Below, piece by piece: positions 17,466-25,707 of a DNA stretch of 25,707 bases. The position numbers and the translations under genes are program-made. Under the pieces are notes generated by a model. That model worked only from the letters and a program-made list of their open reading frames with translations. It ran no database searches and had not been told where the DNA came from. Source of the DNA: a virus (Duplodnaviria > Heunggongvirae > Uroviricota > Caudoviricetes); the IMG/VR virus record IMGVR_UViG_3300028797_000096, positions 205,860 to 231,566 of that record; one strand, 5' to 3'. Numbering within the stretch: the stretch's first letter is position 1; each line of letters begins with the position of its first letter.

Positions 17466-17849
17466 TTATTGATTATTTTTCCATTCTTCAAAAGGTATTA
17501 ATTCTAACTTTAATATAGCATTTGTATCTTCTAATTTTTCTAAATCTAAATAATACTGCTCATATTCTTCAAATATAGGATCATCTTCATATAAGAATTT
17601 CTGATTTAAAATAAATTCAAATATTTCTTTCTTTTTCTTTTCAATTTGAATTTCTTCTTCAGTACGAATATGTGTATAAAAATATCCATCTTTACCATCT
17701 ATAAAATATTTATAATCTGAATTAGTACACCAAACAGCCCATTTTGGATAAATATTATCATCTCTTTCATCATATTTCATAATTAGATGTAAAAAATATT
17801 CATCTGTATAATTTGTTTCTACTACTTCTTGTTTTTTCTTTCTTACCAT
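17466..17849 (-). CDS. hypothetical protein, possible tail fibre assembly chaperone
   Basis: Last gene after the fibre-like genes; Y..WAVWC and YEQYY.DL...PFEEW resemble phage tail assembly chaperones; AAGGA RBS. Confidence 0.45.
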   Translation of the reverse strand: MVRKKKQEVVETNYTDEYFLHLIMKYDERDDNIYPKWAVWCTNSDYKYFIDGKDGYFYTHIRTEEEIQIEKKKKEIFEFILNQKFLYEDDPIFEEYEQYYLDLEKLEDTNAILKLELIPFEEWKNNQ

Positions 17850-17870
17850 TTTTATTATCCTTTTTAATTT

Positions 17871-19370
17871 TTACATTTTTGAAAATGTAAACGTAATTGT
17901 TTTTGTTCCAGTAAAGTCACTTTGTGTAAAGTAATCTTCTAAATGATGACTATAGTGTTCACGCTGTGAATCAACTTCATATTTAATCTGTTCTGGCCAT
18001 GTAAATGGTATTGCTACAGGTAAAGTAGCTGTTTTTCCATTAAGCGTAATTGTTAAATTCCACAAACCAAATAATCTACCATCAACTCCTCCCGAATAGC
18101 AAGTATCAAATTGACTACACCAAGGATTTTTACTAGCCTTTGGTTTTTCTAAACCAAAAGTAAAATCACGAAGAGTGGTTTGACCTAAATATGACCCAGA
18201 ATTAACTGTACCTATAGAATCACTCTCAAAGCTACGCATAACACCATATAATTCATATGTACTACTCCAATTACTATCAACGCCAAACGTTACATTTACA
18301 GAATATGTAGTAGGTACAATAAAATCATACATCGCATATAAAGTAACATCTGAATTAATTATATAAGTATCTAAATTAACAATATCTGCAGCTAAACCTG
18401 TTAATGAATACCCTGTTAGTTCTTGCGCATAAAAAGTATACATTGTGTGATCATTATTATCTGGTCTATACCCCAGTTTAAAGATTTGATTTTCTACGAT
18501 ATTATTTATTGTAGAACTAGTAGTAAGTAATTCTCTTAATGTAATCCCTTTTTGAGCAGAAACTTTGATTGTTTTCCAATTACTTCCTGTTGAAGTACCA
18601 TTTGAACATTTAATAGTTAAAGTTACTGTTACAGGTAATTCATTACTATCATATTCAGGTGCTCTATATACAATAATAGATGGATTAACTGGATCAGCTG
18701 CTTCTACATCTATATATAAATTTCTAAATACAATCTCTTCATTATCTGGAGAAATTACACAGATTGTTGTATTTTCTGATTCCTGTGTATTTTTATACAA
18801 AGTAATACTTATATCATGTTCATTTGTATTATATTTTAAATCTGAAATATTTTGTGTAATATAATATAGTTGACCATTACTATGATCATCTTTATTTGTA
18901 GAGTATGCCTTATATGTATAATTACTATTCTCTCCTAAATCAAAATATCTATATATTTTATTATCATAAATATAATCTTTTTTATTATTATTTATATTCC
19001 CTTTGGTCATATTATTATTCATATGCGTACTAAAAGAGGCTATTCCTGTACCTTGTTTAACCAAAATACAATCGGGCTCTGATTCATATTGTGAAGGATC
19101 TGTTCCTTCGTCCAGTCTACAAACAGGTGAATATCTTATACTTAAGATATTTTTTGCATATAAATAATCATTTACATGCCCATAATAACCTGTACATATT
19201 TTATATCTATAGGGATAACCAGGATAAGTTGTATCTGATATAGAATCTAAATAGAATAATGCTTTATAATCATAATCATAATCATAACGTTTATAATAAT
19301 ACCCATCCCATTCCATATATAATGTTAAATCTGTTTCATTTATAGCTGCATCAGAAATTTTTCTATACAT
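17871..19370 (-). CDS. Tyr/Thr-rich putative virion/adhesin protein
   Basis: Beta-rich composition; INSDVTLYAMY resembles the end of a Listeria-Bacteroides (Flg_new) repeat; tightly packed with the LRR genes. Confidence 0.5.
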   Translation of the reverse strand: MYRKISDAAINETDLTLYMEWDGYYYKRYDYDYDYKALFYLDSISDTTYPGYPYRYKICTGYYGHVNDYLYAKNILSIRYSPVCRLDEGTDPSQYESEPDCILVKQGTGIASFSTHMNNNMTKGNINNNKKDYIYDNKIYRYFDLGENSNYTYKAYSTNKDDHSNGQLYYITQNISDLKYNTNEHDISITLYKNTQESENTTICVISPDNEEIVFRNLYIDVEAADPVNPSIIVYRAPEYDSNELPVTVTLTIKCSNGTSTGSNWKTIKVSAQKGITLRELLTTSSTINNIVENQIFKLGYRPDNNDHTMYTFYAQELTGYSLTGLAADIVNLDTYIINSDVTLYAMYDFIVPTTYSVNVTFGVDSNWSSTYELYGVMRSFESDSIGTVNSGSYLGQTTLRDFTFGLEKPKASKNPWCSQFDTCYSGGVDGRLFGLWNLTITLNGKTATLPVAIPFTWPEQIKYEVDSQREHYSHHLEDYFTQSDFTGTKTITFTFSKM

Positions 19371-19374
19371 AATA

Positions 19375-22300
19375 TTATTCCATTACATAAAGTTTGTTAT
19401 TAATACCTCTATACATATATTCAGCTGTATTATTATCACGATATCCTGTTATATATGTATCAGTTATTCTTATTCCAGTAACTGTTATTTTAATATAACC
19501 ATTACCACCTTTTACTGGTGCATTCCATCCTGTTACACCTCCTCCATAACCATATTCCATTCCATATGGACTTTGATTATTACCTGTAACTAAAGATCCT
19601 CCATTATTACCATTATTACCTTTAACACCTGTAAATATATAGTCGGTATTTGTAGTATTTATAAAATTACCACCTTTTGGACCCAATGCTTTATATGGAT
19701 CTGGTGTATAATAACCACCTTTAGCTTCTGTTAACATTATTCCATTCGGTGAAATTACACTAGAAGTTCCGCCATCTGCTGGAGAATTCCCTAAATATAT
19801 TTCATTTGCAATTGTTATTCCATTTGAGCCTTCTCCAATAATTAAGGTATAATTTCCAGCTAAGCTTTCATTATCAGGTACAGTAATTGTTGTATATGCC
19901 CCACTTCCTCCAGATATAGTCATATAATTACTATATACAAACATTGATTCACCACCTGCCCCTGCACCAACTACATCTATTTTATAACTATTACCTTTTC
20001 TTAAAGTACATGTATAAGTACCTGGAGTATTACTTTCAAATATAATTTTATTTACTTCATATTGTAAATAAACTTCTTTTGTTATAGAATTTTCTGGCAT
20101 TATATATGTAATAGTCTGTGATTCATATCTATTTAATGGATCAGCTACTACGCAGGTTATTAATGTACCAGCCGGAGCTGCAATACTATTACCAATTTGA
20201 GTATACCCATCTGCAGTTAATGTTATAACTGCATCAATTGGATCTGTTTTAATAGTTAAAGCTGGATATACTGATAAGGTTACATATACATTTGTAGTTT
20301 TATCAACTAAAGCAGTAACTGTTTGAGAATAATAATCTTGTTTACTTACTGTATAAGTAACCGTGGTTCCTCTTGGTACTATACATGTATTATTATTTAT
20401 AACTTGACCATCATATTCAAAGTTTACAGTTGCATCTGAAGGTATTGGATTAATTGTTAATGTAACATTATCCAAACTTTTTAAATATACTCCATCTTTT
20501 GTACCGATTGTATCATAACCCGCTGATGTAAACGAATTATATGTTTTTGTATAATTTCCTGTTACATCTCTAAATGGAATATATACATTTATAGGATTAG
20601 TATTTCCTAAAAAACAACCTGTTGCATATGCGACTATATTCGAAGTAATATTAATATCTCCACTAAGATTAGTTGACTGAAAACAACCTGTCATATCTAT
20701 AACACGTTTTGGAATATTTGGTGCAGTAGTTAATAATATACACTTAGAAAAAGCATATGCCATGTTTATAATAGAATTTGGTAATGGTTGTATAGTATTT
20801 AACCATCCACATTCTTTAAAACAATAAGATAAATCTTGTATAGAATTACCAAAGTTAGGTGTTGTTCTTATATTACTACAACCTTCAAAACAATATGCCA
20901 TATTAATTACAGAATCTGGTATATTTTGTGGTGTATTTACTGTATTTTTACAACCACTAAAGCAATACGCTATATTTGTTACACTATTGCCTATTCCAAA
21001 GGTACCTGTACTCATTAATTTATTACAATTAGCAAAACAATAACTAAGTGTTTTAACTGAATCAGGAATTTTAAGGGGAATATACTCTATATTTGTATCA
21101 CTAAATGTACCGCACATATTAACAACACTTGTAGGAAGGCTTGGTACACTAGATAACTTTGTATTACTAAAGCAATAAGATAAATCTTTAACATTAGTAG
21201 GTAAATTTTCTACATAAAATAATTGCCTACAATTATAAAAAGTATATGCCATATTAGTAATACTAGGAGAATCACAAAGATTTGCGCTATTGATAATCTG
21301 ATCATTATGAAACATCGCATAAATATTTTTAACAGCTGTCAAATCTAGTTTCTCAAAATCTTCTGTTGTTTTAACTACATTATAAAACATATTAATACAG
21401 CACAAATTTTCAGAAGAAGGTAATCTAATGCCATTTACATCTAAATTATAACAACCATAAAAACAATTACATAAATTATTAACACAATCTGGTATAGCAG
21501 GTGGTATAACTAAATTTTTACAACCTTTAAAAGTATCTGCCATATTTATAACTGAATTCGGAATACTCGGTACTATAATATGATCAATAAAAGCAAATGT
21601 TCCACTCAAATCATTAATATTACTTGGAAGATTAACTGTACCTTCTATATTATGACAACTATAAAAAGCATGTGATAGATTTGTAACAGAATTTGGTATA
21701 GTAGGAAGAGTTGTTAATTTATTATCCATATAAAATGTATACGCCATATTCGTTACATTTTCTGGTATACTTGGAGTAGTTGTTAAATTTCGGCAATAAT
21801 AAAAACAATAACTTAAATTTTTAACACTATTAGGAATAGTAATATCGAATTCTATTAAATCATCATTTTGCCCAAATAACCATTGCCAACTTTGTAAATT
21901 ATTTAAATTTTTTATTTTCTTTATTTTATCATACCAATCAGTAACCCCATTAAATATTTTAAATATCTCTAAATTTTCATGAGTAGGTAAACTTAATTCC
22001 ATAGAATTAATATTATGGCAATTCGCAAATATTCTAGAAAGATTAATTACACTTTCTGGAATTGTTGGAGGTGTAATTAAATTTGTACAACCAGCAAAAG
22101 TAGATGCTAAATTTTGTACAAAATTTGGTAAAATAGGGGCTTGGCTTAAATTTGTACAATTACTAAAAGCATATGGCATTTCTAATACAGAATCTGGTAT
22201 AGAAGTAACTGTTGTTAAAGAAGTACAATTTCTAAATGTTGAATTTAATATTAAAAGTGAATTTGAAAAAGCTGAAGCAGTTGTTAATCCAGTACAATTA

Positions 22301-22929
22301 GAAAAAGTATTCGATAAGTTTGTAACAGAACTTGGTATAATCGGCATACTGGTTAATCCAGTACACCCACTAAAAGTACCAACTAACTGCTTAACATTAT
22401 TTGGTAATATAGCTGATGTTAAAGATGTACATCCATTAAATGTATAAAATAAACCAGATACTTGTGTTAAACCTGCTAAATTTGCATTAGTTAAGTCTGT
22501 ACAATTAGAGAATGCATAATTAGCATATTGTATACCTTTTGGAAGAGATGGAACTTCTGTTAGTTTAGTATTAGCAAATGCATAATACATACTATTACTA
22601 TATTTTGGTAAATTGGTAACAGAAACTAAATTTGTACAATTATTAAAACAATAATCTAGTGAAGCATTAACCACCTGATTAAAATTGGTAATACTAGTAA
22701 CATTTTGGTGATTAGAAAAAACATACTTATATCCATTTGTATAAGTATTATTTTGGCGAGCTCCACCCTCCGAATATACAGATGTACCTAAATATCCATT
22801 TAAATCTATAGTCTTAGCATTTGGAAAAGCTGGAATATAATTATAATCAGCATATCTATCTGCTCTTATCATGCTACCATAAGCCACAACTGGAATTTTA
22901 TTTGCAATATTTACAGTTATAATTGCCAT
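19375..22929 (-). CDS. large BspA-like leucine-rich repeat protein with Ig/PEGA-like domains and a Gly-rich C-terminal domain; putative receptor-binding protein
   Basis: About 30 repeats of roughly 22 aa (CxxLxxxPxIPxSVxNMxxTF); two TLTIxxxPxDA.(V/I) beta modules; C-terminal VVGAGAGG...SGGSGAY...GGNGYIKIT; no signal peptide. Confidence 0.8.
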   Translation of the reverse strand: MAIITVNIANKIPVVAYGSMIRADRYADYNYIPAFPNAKTIDLNGYLGTSVYSEGGARQNNTYTNGYKYVFSNHQNVTSITNFNQVVNASLDYCFNNCTNLVSVTNLPKYSNSMYYAFANTKLTEVPSLPKGIQYANYAFSNCTDLTNANLAGLTQVSGLFYTFNGCTSLTSAILPNNVKQLVGTFSGCTGLTSMPIIPSSVTNLSNTFSNCTGLTTASAFSNSLLILNSTFRNCTSLTTVTSIPDSVLEMPYAFSNCTNLSQAPILPNFVQNLASTFAGCTNLITPPTIPESVINLSRIFANCHNINSMELSLPTHENLEIFKIFNGVTDWYDKIKKIKNLNNLQSWQWLFGQNDDLIEFDITIPNSVKNLSYCFYYCRNLTTTPSIPENVTNMAYTFYMDNKLTTLPTIPNSVTNLSHAFYSCHNIEGTVNLPSNINDLSGTFAFIDHIIVPSIPNSVINMADTFKGCKNLVIPPAIPDCVNNLCNCFYGCYNLDVNGIRLPSSENLCCINMFYNVVKTTEDFEKLDLTAVKNIYAMFHNDQIINSANLCDSPSITNMAYTFYNCRQLFYVENLPTNVKDLSYCFSNTKLSSVPSLPTSVVNMCGTFSDTNIEYIPLKIPDSVKTLSYCFANCNKLMSTGTFGIGNSVTNIAYCFSGCKNTVNTPQNIPDSVINMAYCFEGCSNIRTTPNFGNSIQDLSYCFKECGWLNTIQPLPNSIINMAYAFSKCILLTTAPNIPKRVIDMTGCFQSTNLSGDINITSNIVAYATGCFLGNTNPINVYIPFRDVTGNYTKTYNSFTSAGYDTIGTKDGVYLKSLDNVTLTINPIPSDATVNFEYDGQVINNNTCIVPRGTTVTYTVSKQDYYSQTVTALVDKTTNVYVTLSVYPALTIKTDPIDAVITLTADGYTQIGNSIAAPAGTLITCVVADPLNRYESQTITYIMPENSITKEVYLQYEVNKIIFESNTPGTYTCTLRKGNSYKIDVVGAGAGGESMFVYSNYMTISGGSGAYTTITVPDNESLAGNYTLIIGEGSNGITIANEIYLGNSPADGGTSSVISPNGIMLTEAKGGYYTPDPYKALGPKGGNFINTTNTDYIFTGVKGNNGNNGGSLVTGNNQSPYGMEYGYGGGVTGWNAPVKGGNGYIKITVTGIRITDTYITGYRDNNTAEYMYRGINNKLYVME

Positions 22930-22942
22930 TTTAATCTACCCT

Positions 22943-24700
22943 TTAATTAGTACTAATACTTATACCATCTGCTAAATTAACATTTTGTTGTGTTGAATCT
23001 GCAACTAAAAGACTAGGATTTGTAAAACCTGTATATGTTCCAATAGTATATATACTATCATCATATGATACCTCATATGATATTCCAGAAGGTATTGTGT
23101 CTAATGTAATTGTTAATTCTTTTGATTCATCCATTACAACAGAACCTTCTACAACAGGTAATCCAACTTGTGTAACTATATAATCTACTGTATCATTCAA
23201 ATTTACATCTATAAATTGTCTACCTGTACCTGTTTTTATTATATCTCCATAAATAAGCTGAACAGTTGCATTTGGAGTAGATGCACTTGGAATAACCGTT
23301 AAAATAGTATCTTTTAATTCTTTTAAATATACTCCATTTAAAGTACCTTCTGTATCATATCCAGCATTTATAAAAGCATTATAAGTATCAGAATTTGCTG
23401 GAACATATACATTCTTGGGTAAACTTGTACCATCAAAACACCATTTAGCATTAGTAATTTGATTAGATAATATAAATATATCACCCGTCAAATTAGTACA
23501 ACCAGAAAACAAACCTTGCTTATCTAGATCAGTTGTAAACGAATTAATAACTTGAACAGAAGCTGGAATAACGGGTGCTGTTGTTAAATTTGTACAATTG
23601 GTAAAACAACCATCTATATAAATAACACTATTTGGAATAGATTTTATTGTTTTTAATGCATTACAATTCATAAAGCAATCTGACATATTCATAACAGAAT
23701 TTGGTATAGTTGGCATTGTAATAATACCTGTATCACAAAAACTGCTATTCATATCAACTACTGTATTTGGAATTGCCGGAGCAGTGGTTAAATTCTTACA
23801 CCCTCCAAAACAACCTGCTCCTTTTAAATCTGCAGAAACTTTACCCATGTTTACTAAATTTTTAGGTAATGTTGAAATAGAAGTTAATTTTTCACAAGCA
23901 TAAAAGCATCCAGCCATATTAGTTACAGAATTTGGAATTATAGGTGCAGATTGTAAATTATAGCAAGCCGCAAAAGTACTATACATTCCTGTAACAGAAT
24001 CTGGTATAACTGGTGGAGTAACTAAATTATAACATTCAGAAAATGTTTGGTACAAGCTTATTATAGAATTTGGTAATCTATTTGTTATGGCTACTATATT
24101 TCGGCAAGCTATAAAAGTTCTTACCAAACTTGTAACAGAATTTGGTATAATAGGCATATCATCAATACCAGATAGCATAAATGTCAAAGGTAACTGTGTA
24201 ATATAATTAGGTAAGTTTGGAACAGATTGCAATTTTGTACAACCATAAAAAGTCCCATACATATTTTGAACAGAATCTGGAATATCTGAAACTTCTAATA
24301 AATTTTGACAATTATAAAATGTACCATACATACTAGTTACAGAATTAGGTATGGTTACTCGATTTGTCAAGTTAATACAATCACGGAATGCCCAATCTAT
24401 ATTAACAACTGCAGTAGGTAAAGCCGGAGCTTCTTCTAAACTTCTACAATTCACAAATGCTCCATATAAATTAGTTACAGAATTAGGAATATTAGAAACA
24501 TGTTGTAAATTATAACAATTTGTAAATGCCATTAATAAATTATTATTTACAATTGGTATATTGTTTACATCTATTTCCGAAACATTGGGATGCTTATAAA
24601 AAGCAGTTGTAGCCATATTACTAACAGAATAAGGTGTTATATAAGTATTTGTATGATAATCATATGCTAAATCTAATGAAGTATTTCTTACATAAGTCAT
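22943..24700 (-). CDS. BspA-like leucine-rich repeat protein (paralogue of the 1184-aa protein)
   Basis: About 16 IPNSVTxM/L..F..C..L repeats; shares the AGYDTxGTxxGVYLKxL cap; AAGGA RBS. Confidence 0.82.
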   Translation of the reverse strand: MTYVRNTSLDLAYDYHTNTYITPYSVSNMATTAFYKHPNVSEIDVNNIPIVNNNLLMAFTNCYNLQHVSNIPNSVTNLYGAFVNCRSLEEAPALPTAVVNIDWAFRDCINLTNRVTIPNSVTSMYGTFYNCQNLLEVSDIPDSVQNMYGTFYGCTKLQSVPNLPNYITQLPLTFMLSGIDDMPIIPNSVTSLVRTFIACRNIVAITNRLPNSIISLYQTFSECYNLVTPPVIPDSVTGMYSTFAACYNLQSAPIIPNSVTNMAGCFYACEKLTSISTLPKNLVNMGKVSADLKGAGCFGGCKNLTTAPAIPNTVVDMNSSFCDTGIITMPTIPNSVMNMSDCFMNCNALKTIKSIPNSVIYIDGCFTNCTNLTTAPVIPASVQVINSFTTDLDKQGLFSGCTNLTGDIFILSNQITNAKWCFDGTSLPKNVYVPANSDTYNAFINAGYDTEGTLNGVYLKELKDTILTVIPSASTPNATVQLIYGDIIKTGTGRQFIDVNLNDTVDYIVTQVGLPVVEGSVVMDESKELTITLDTIPSGISYEVSYDDSIYTIGTYTGFTNPSLLVADSTQQNVNLADGISISTN

Positions 24701-24724
24701 ATTACATATTCCTTATTATATTAT

Positions 24725-25681
24725 TTACCAAGGTAATGTGTCGGTATCTAAACTTGGTGCTCTGCTACAACTTTCCCAATAATAACTACTCATACTATCT
24801 GCACTGTTATAATAAACATATCCAAGCTCTTCTGCAGGATCATAACAAAAATAAATTGTATAATGCGGAGAATTATTTACAGATTGATTTGAATATGCAT
24901 AATACCAATATCTAGTATCTTCATTCATAACATACTCTACATAATAAGTTGTACCTGTTTGTATACCTACAAAAGCTTTATATTTTGTTCCTCTTATATA
25001 TAATTCGTATTCTTGATTATTATATATTAATATTCTTGAGTTTAAATTAAGATAAGTTATATAAGGAAAGTCTGAACTGGTAGAAGTATCTACATAATCT
25101 ACAGTTAAACTAGATGTATCATCACCTGCACTTACAAACGCTCTAGAAGAAAAAGTATTTAAACCATATGCAGCTGGAATGGTTTTTAAATAAATTCCAC
25201 TTGTTACATTATATGGATACCCCATAAAATTACTAGATATAGTTGGAGTTAAAACTAAATTATGTAAAAAATAATAGCTATAATTTGATCCAGATTTTCT
25301 ACGTGCTGGTTTTACTGCAAATGAAGCTTTTTTATTTACGGTTACATTATTTGTTATTTCTATATAATTATCATTTTCTTTTATATACCAATGATATTCG
25401 TTTCCTCCAAGTACAATTTCATACAAATATCGAGTTACTAGAGTACTTGTTCTATCAATAACTTCTCGATTATAAGTTATATATTCTGTTTTTTCCATTA
25501 AATTAAATGTATTATTAGTAGTATCAATATCACCAACCCAAGATTGTGGTATAATCTCACCCGTATTATCATAAAGTGGTAAACCCCTTGATAAAGTTGC
25601 TGTATCTGTATATACTGGTGAAATATCTTCTGGAGTTGGATTATCTAATTCCCAACCATATAATCGTAATGGCTTTGTCAT
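24725..25681 (-). CDS. hypothetical Tyr-rich protein, probable virion component
   Basis: 318-aa open frame, AAGG RBS, co-oriented with the LRR genes. Confidence 0.55.
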   Translation of the reverse strand: MTKPLRLYGWELDNPTPEDISPVYTDTATLSRGLPLYDNTGEIIPQSWVGDIDTTNNTFNLMEKTEYITYNREVIDRTSTLVTRYLYEIVLGGNEYHWYIKENDNYIEITNNVTVNKKASFAVKPARRKSGSNYSYYFLHNLVLTPTISSNFMGYPYNVTSGIYLKTIPAAYGLNTFSSRAFVSAGDDTSSLTVDYVDTSTSSDFPYITYLNLNSRILIYNNQEYELYIRGTKYKAFVGIQTGTTYYVEYVMNEDTRYWYYAYSNQSVNNSPHYTIYFCYDPAEELGYVYYNSADSMSSYYWESCSRAPSLDTDTLPW

Positions 25682-25707
25682 TATAAAAATACCTTATAAA
25701 TCTTATA

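Noticed and set aside
19375-24700. Regularly spaced DNA repeats resembling a CRISPR array
   Set aside because: They are degenerate, in-frame codons of ~22-aa LRR units
619-25461. Short opposite-strand ORFs in the track (619, 2192, 3390, 3746, 5344, 6259, 7267, 10913, 18565, 20836, 24634, 25243)
   Set aside because: They lie antisense to long, well-supported genes and show no recognisable motifs; probably shadow ORFs

Overview
Very AT-rich, densely coded window read in standard code. It looks like the late (virion and lysis) region of a large tailed phage or prophage with a diderm host. Left (+): two tail fibre/baseplate-type genes (800 aa with a C-terminal Peptidase_G2-like autocleaving chaperone; 499 aa with an Mtd_N-like N-terminus) and two small ORFs. 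Centre (-), the main finding: a mostly overlapping gene run that starts with a 257-aa protein ending in YW-CHSN-CHSN-CHSN-CHTN-RSRR, continues with a 246-aa unknown protein and SEVEN consecutive radical SAM enzymes carrying C-terminal SPASM-like Cys clusters, and ends with a 136-aa acidic unknown. This resembles a phage-encoded, RiPP-like post-translational modification system that may act on a structural protein. Next come a spanin pair (+) and a holin-like gene with two small membrane genes (-), a metallophosphoesterase, a GT2 glycosyltransferase, a possible fibre chaperone, and four probable virion/adhesin genes, two of them BspA-like LRR paralogues. A conserved AGTTCTA motif precedes most transcription units, often directly after a terminator hairpin, and is a candidate phage late promoter. 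All family calls come from reading motifs by eye, not from database searches.
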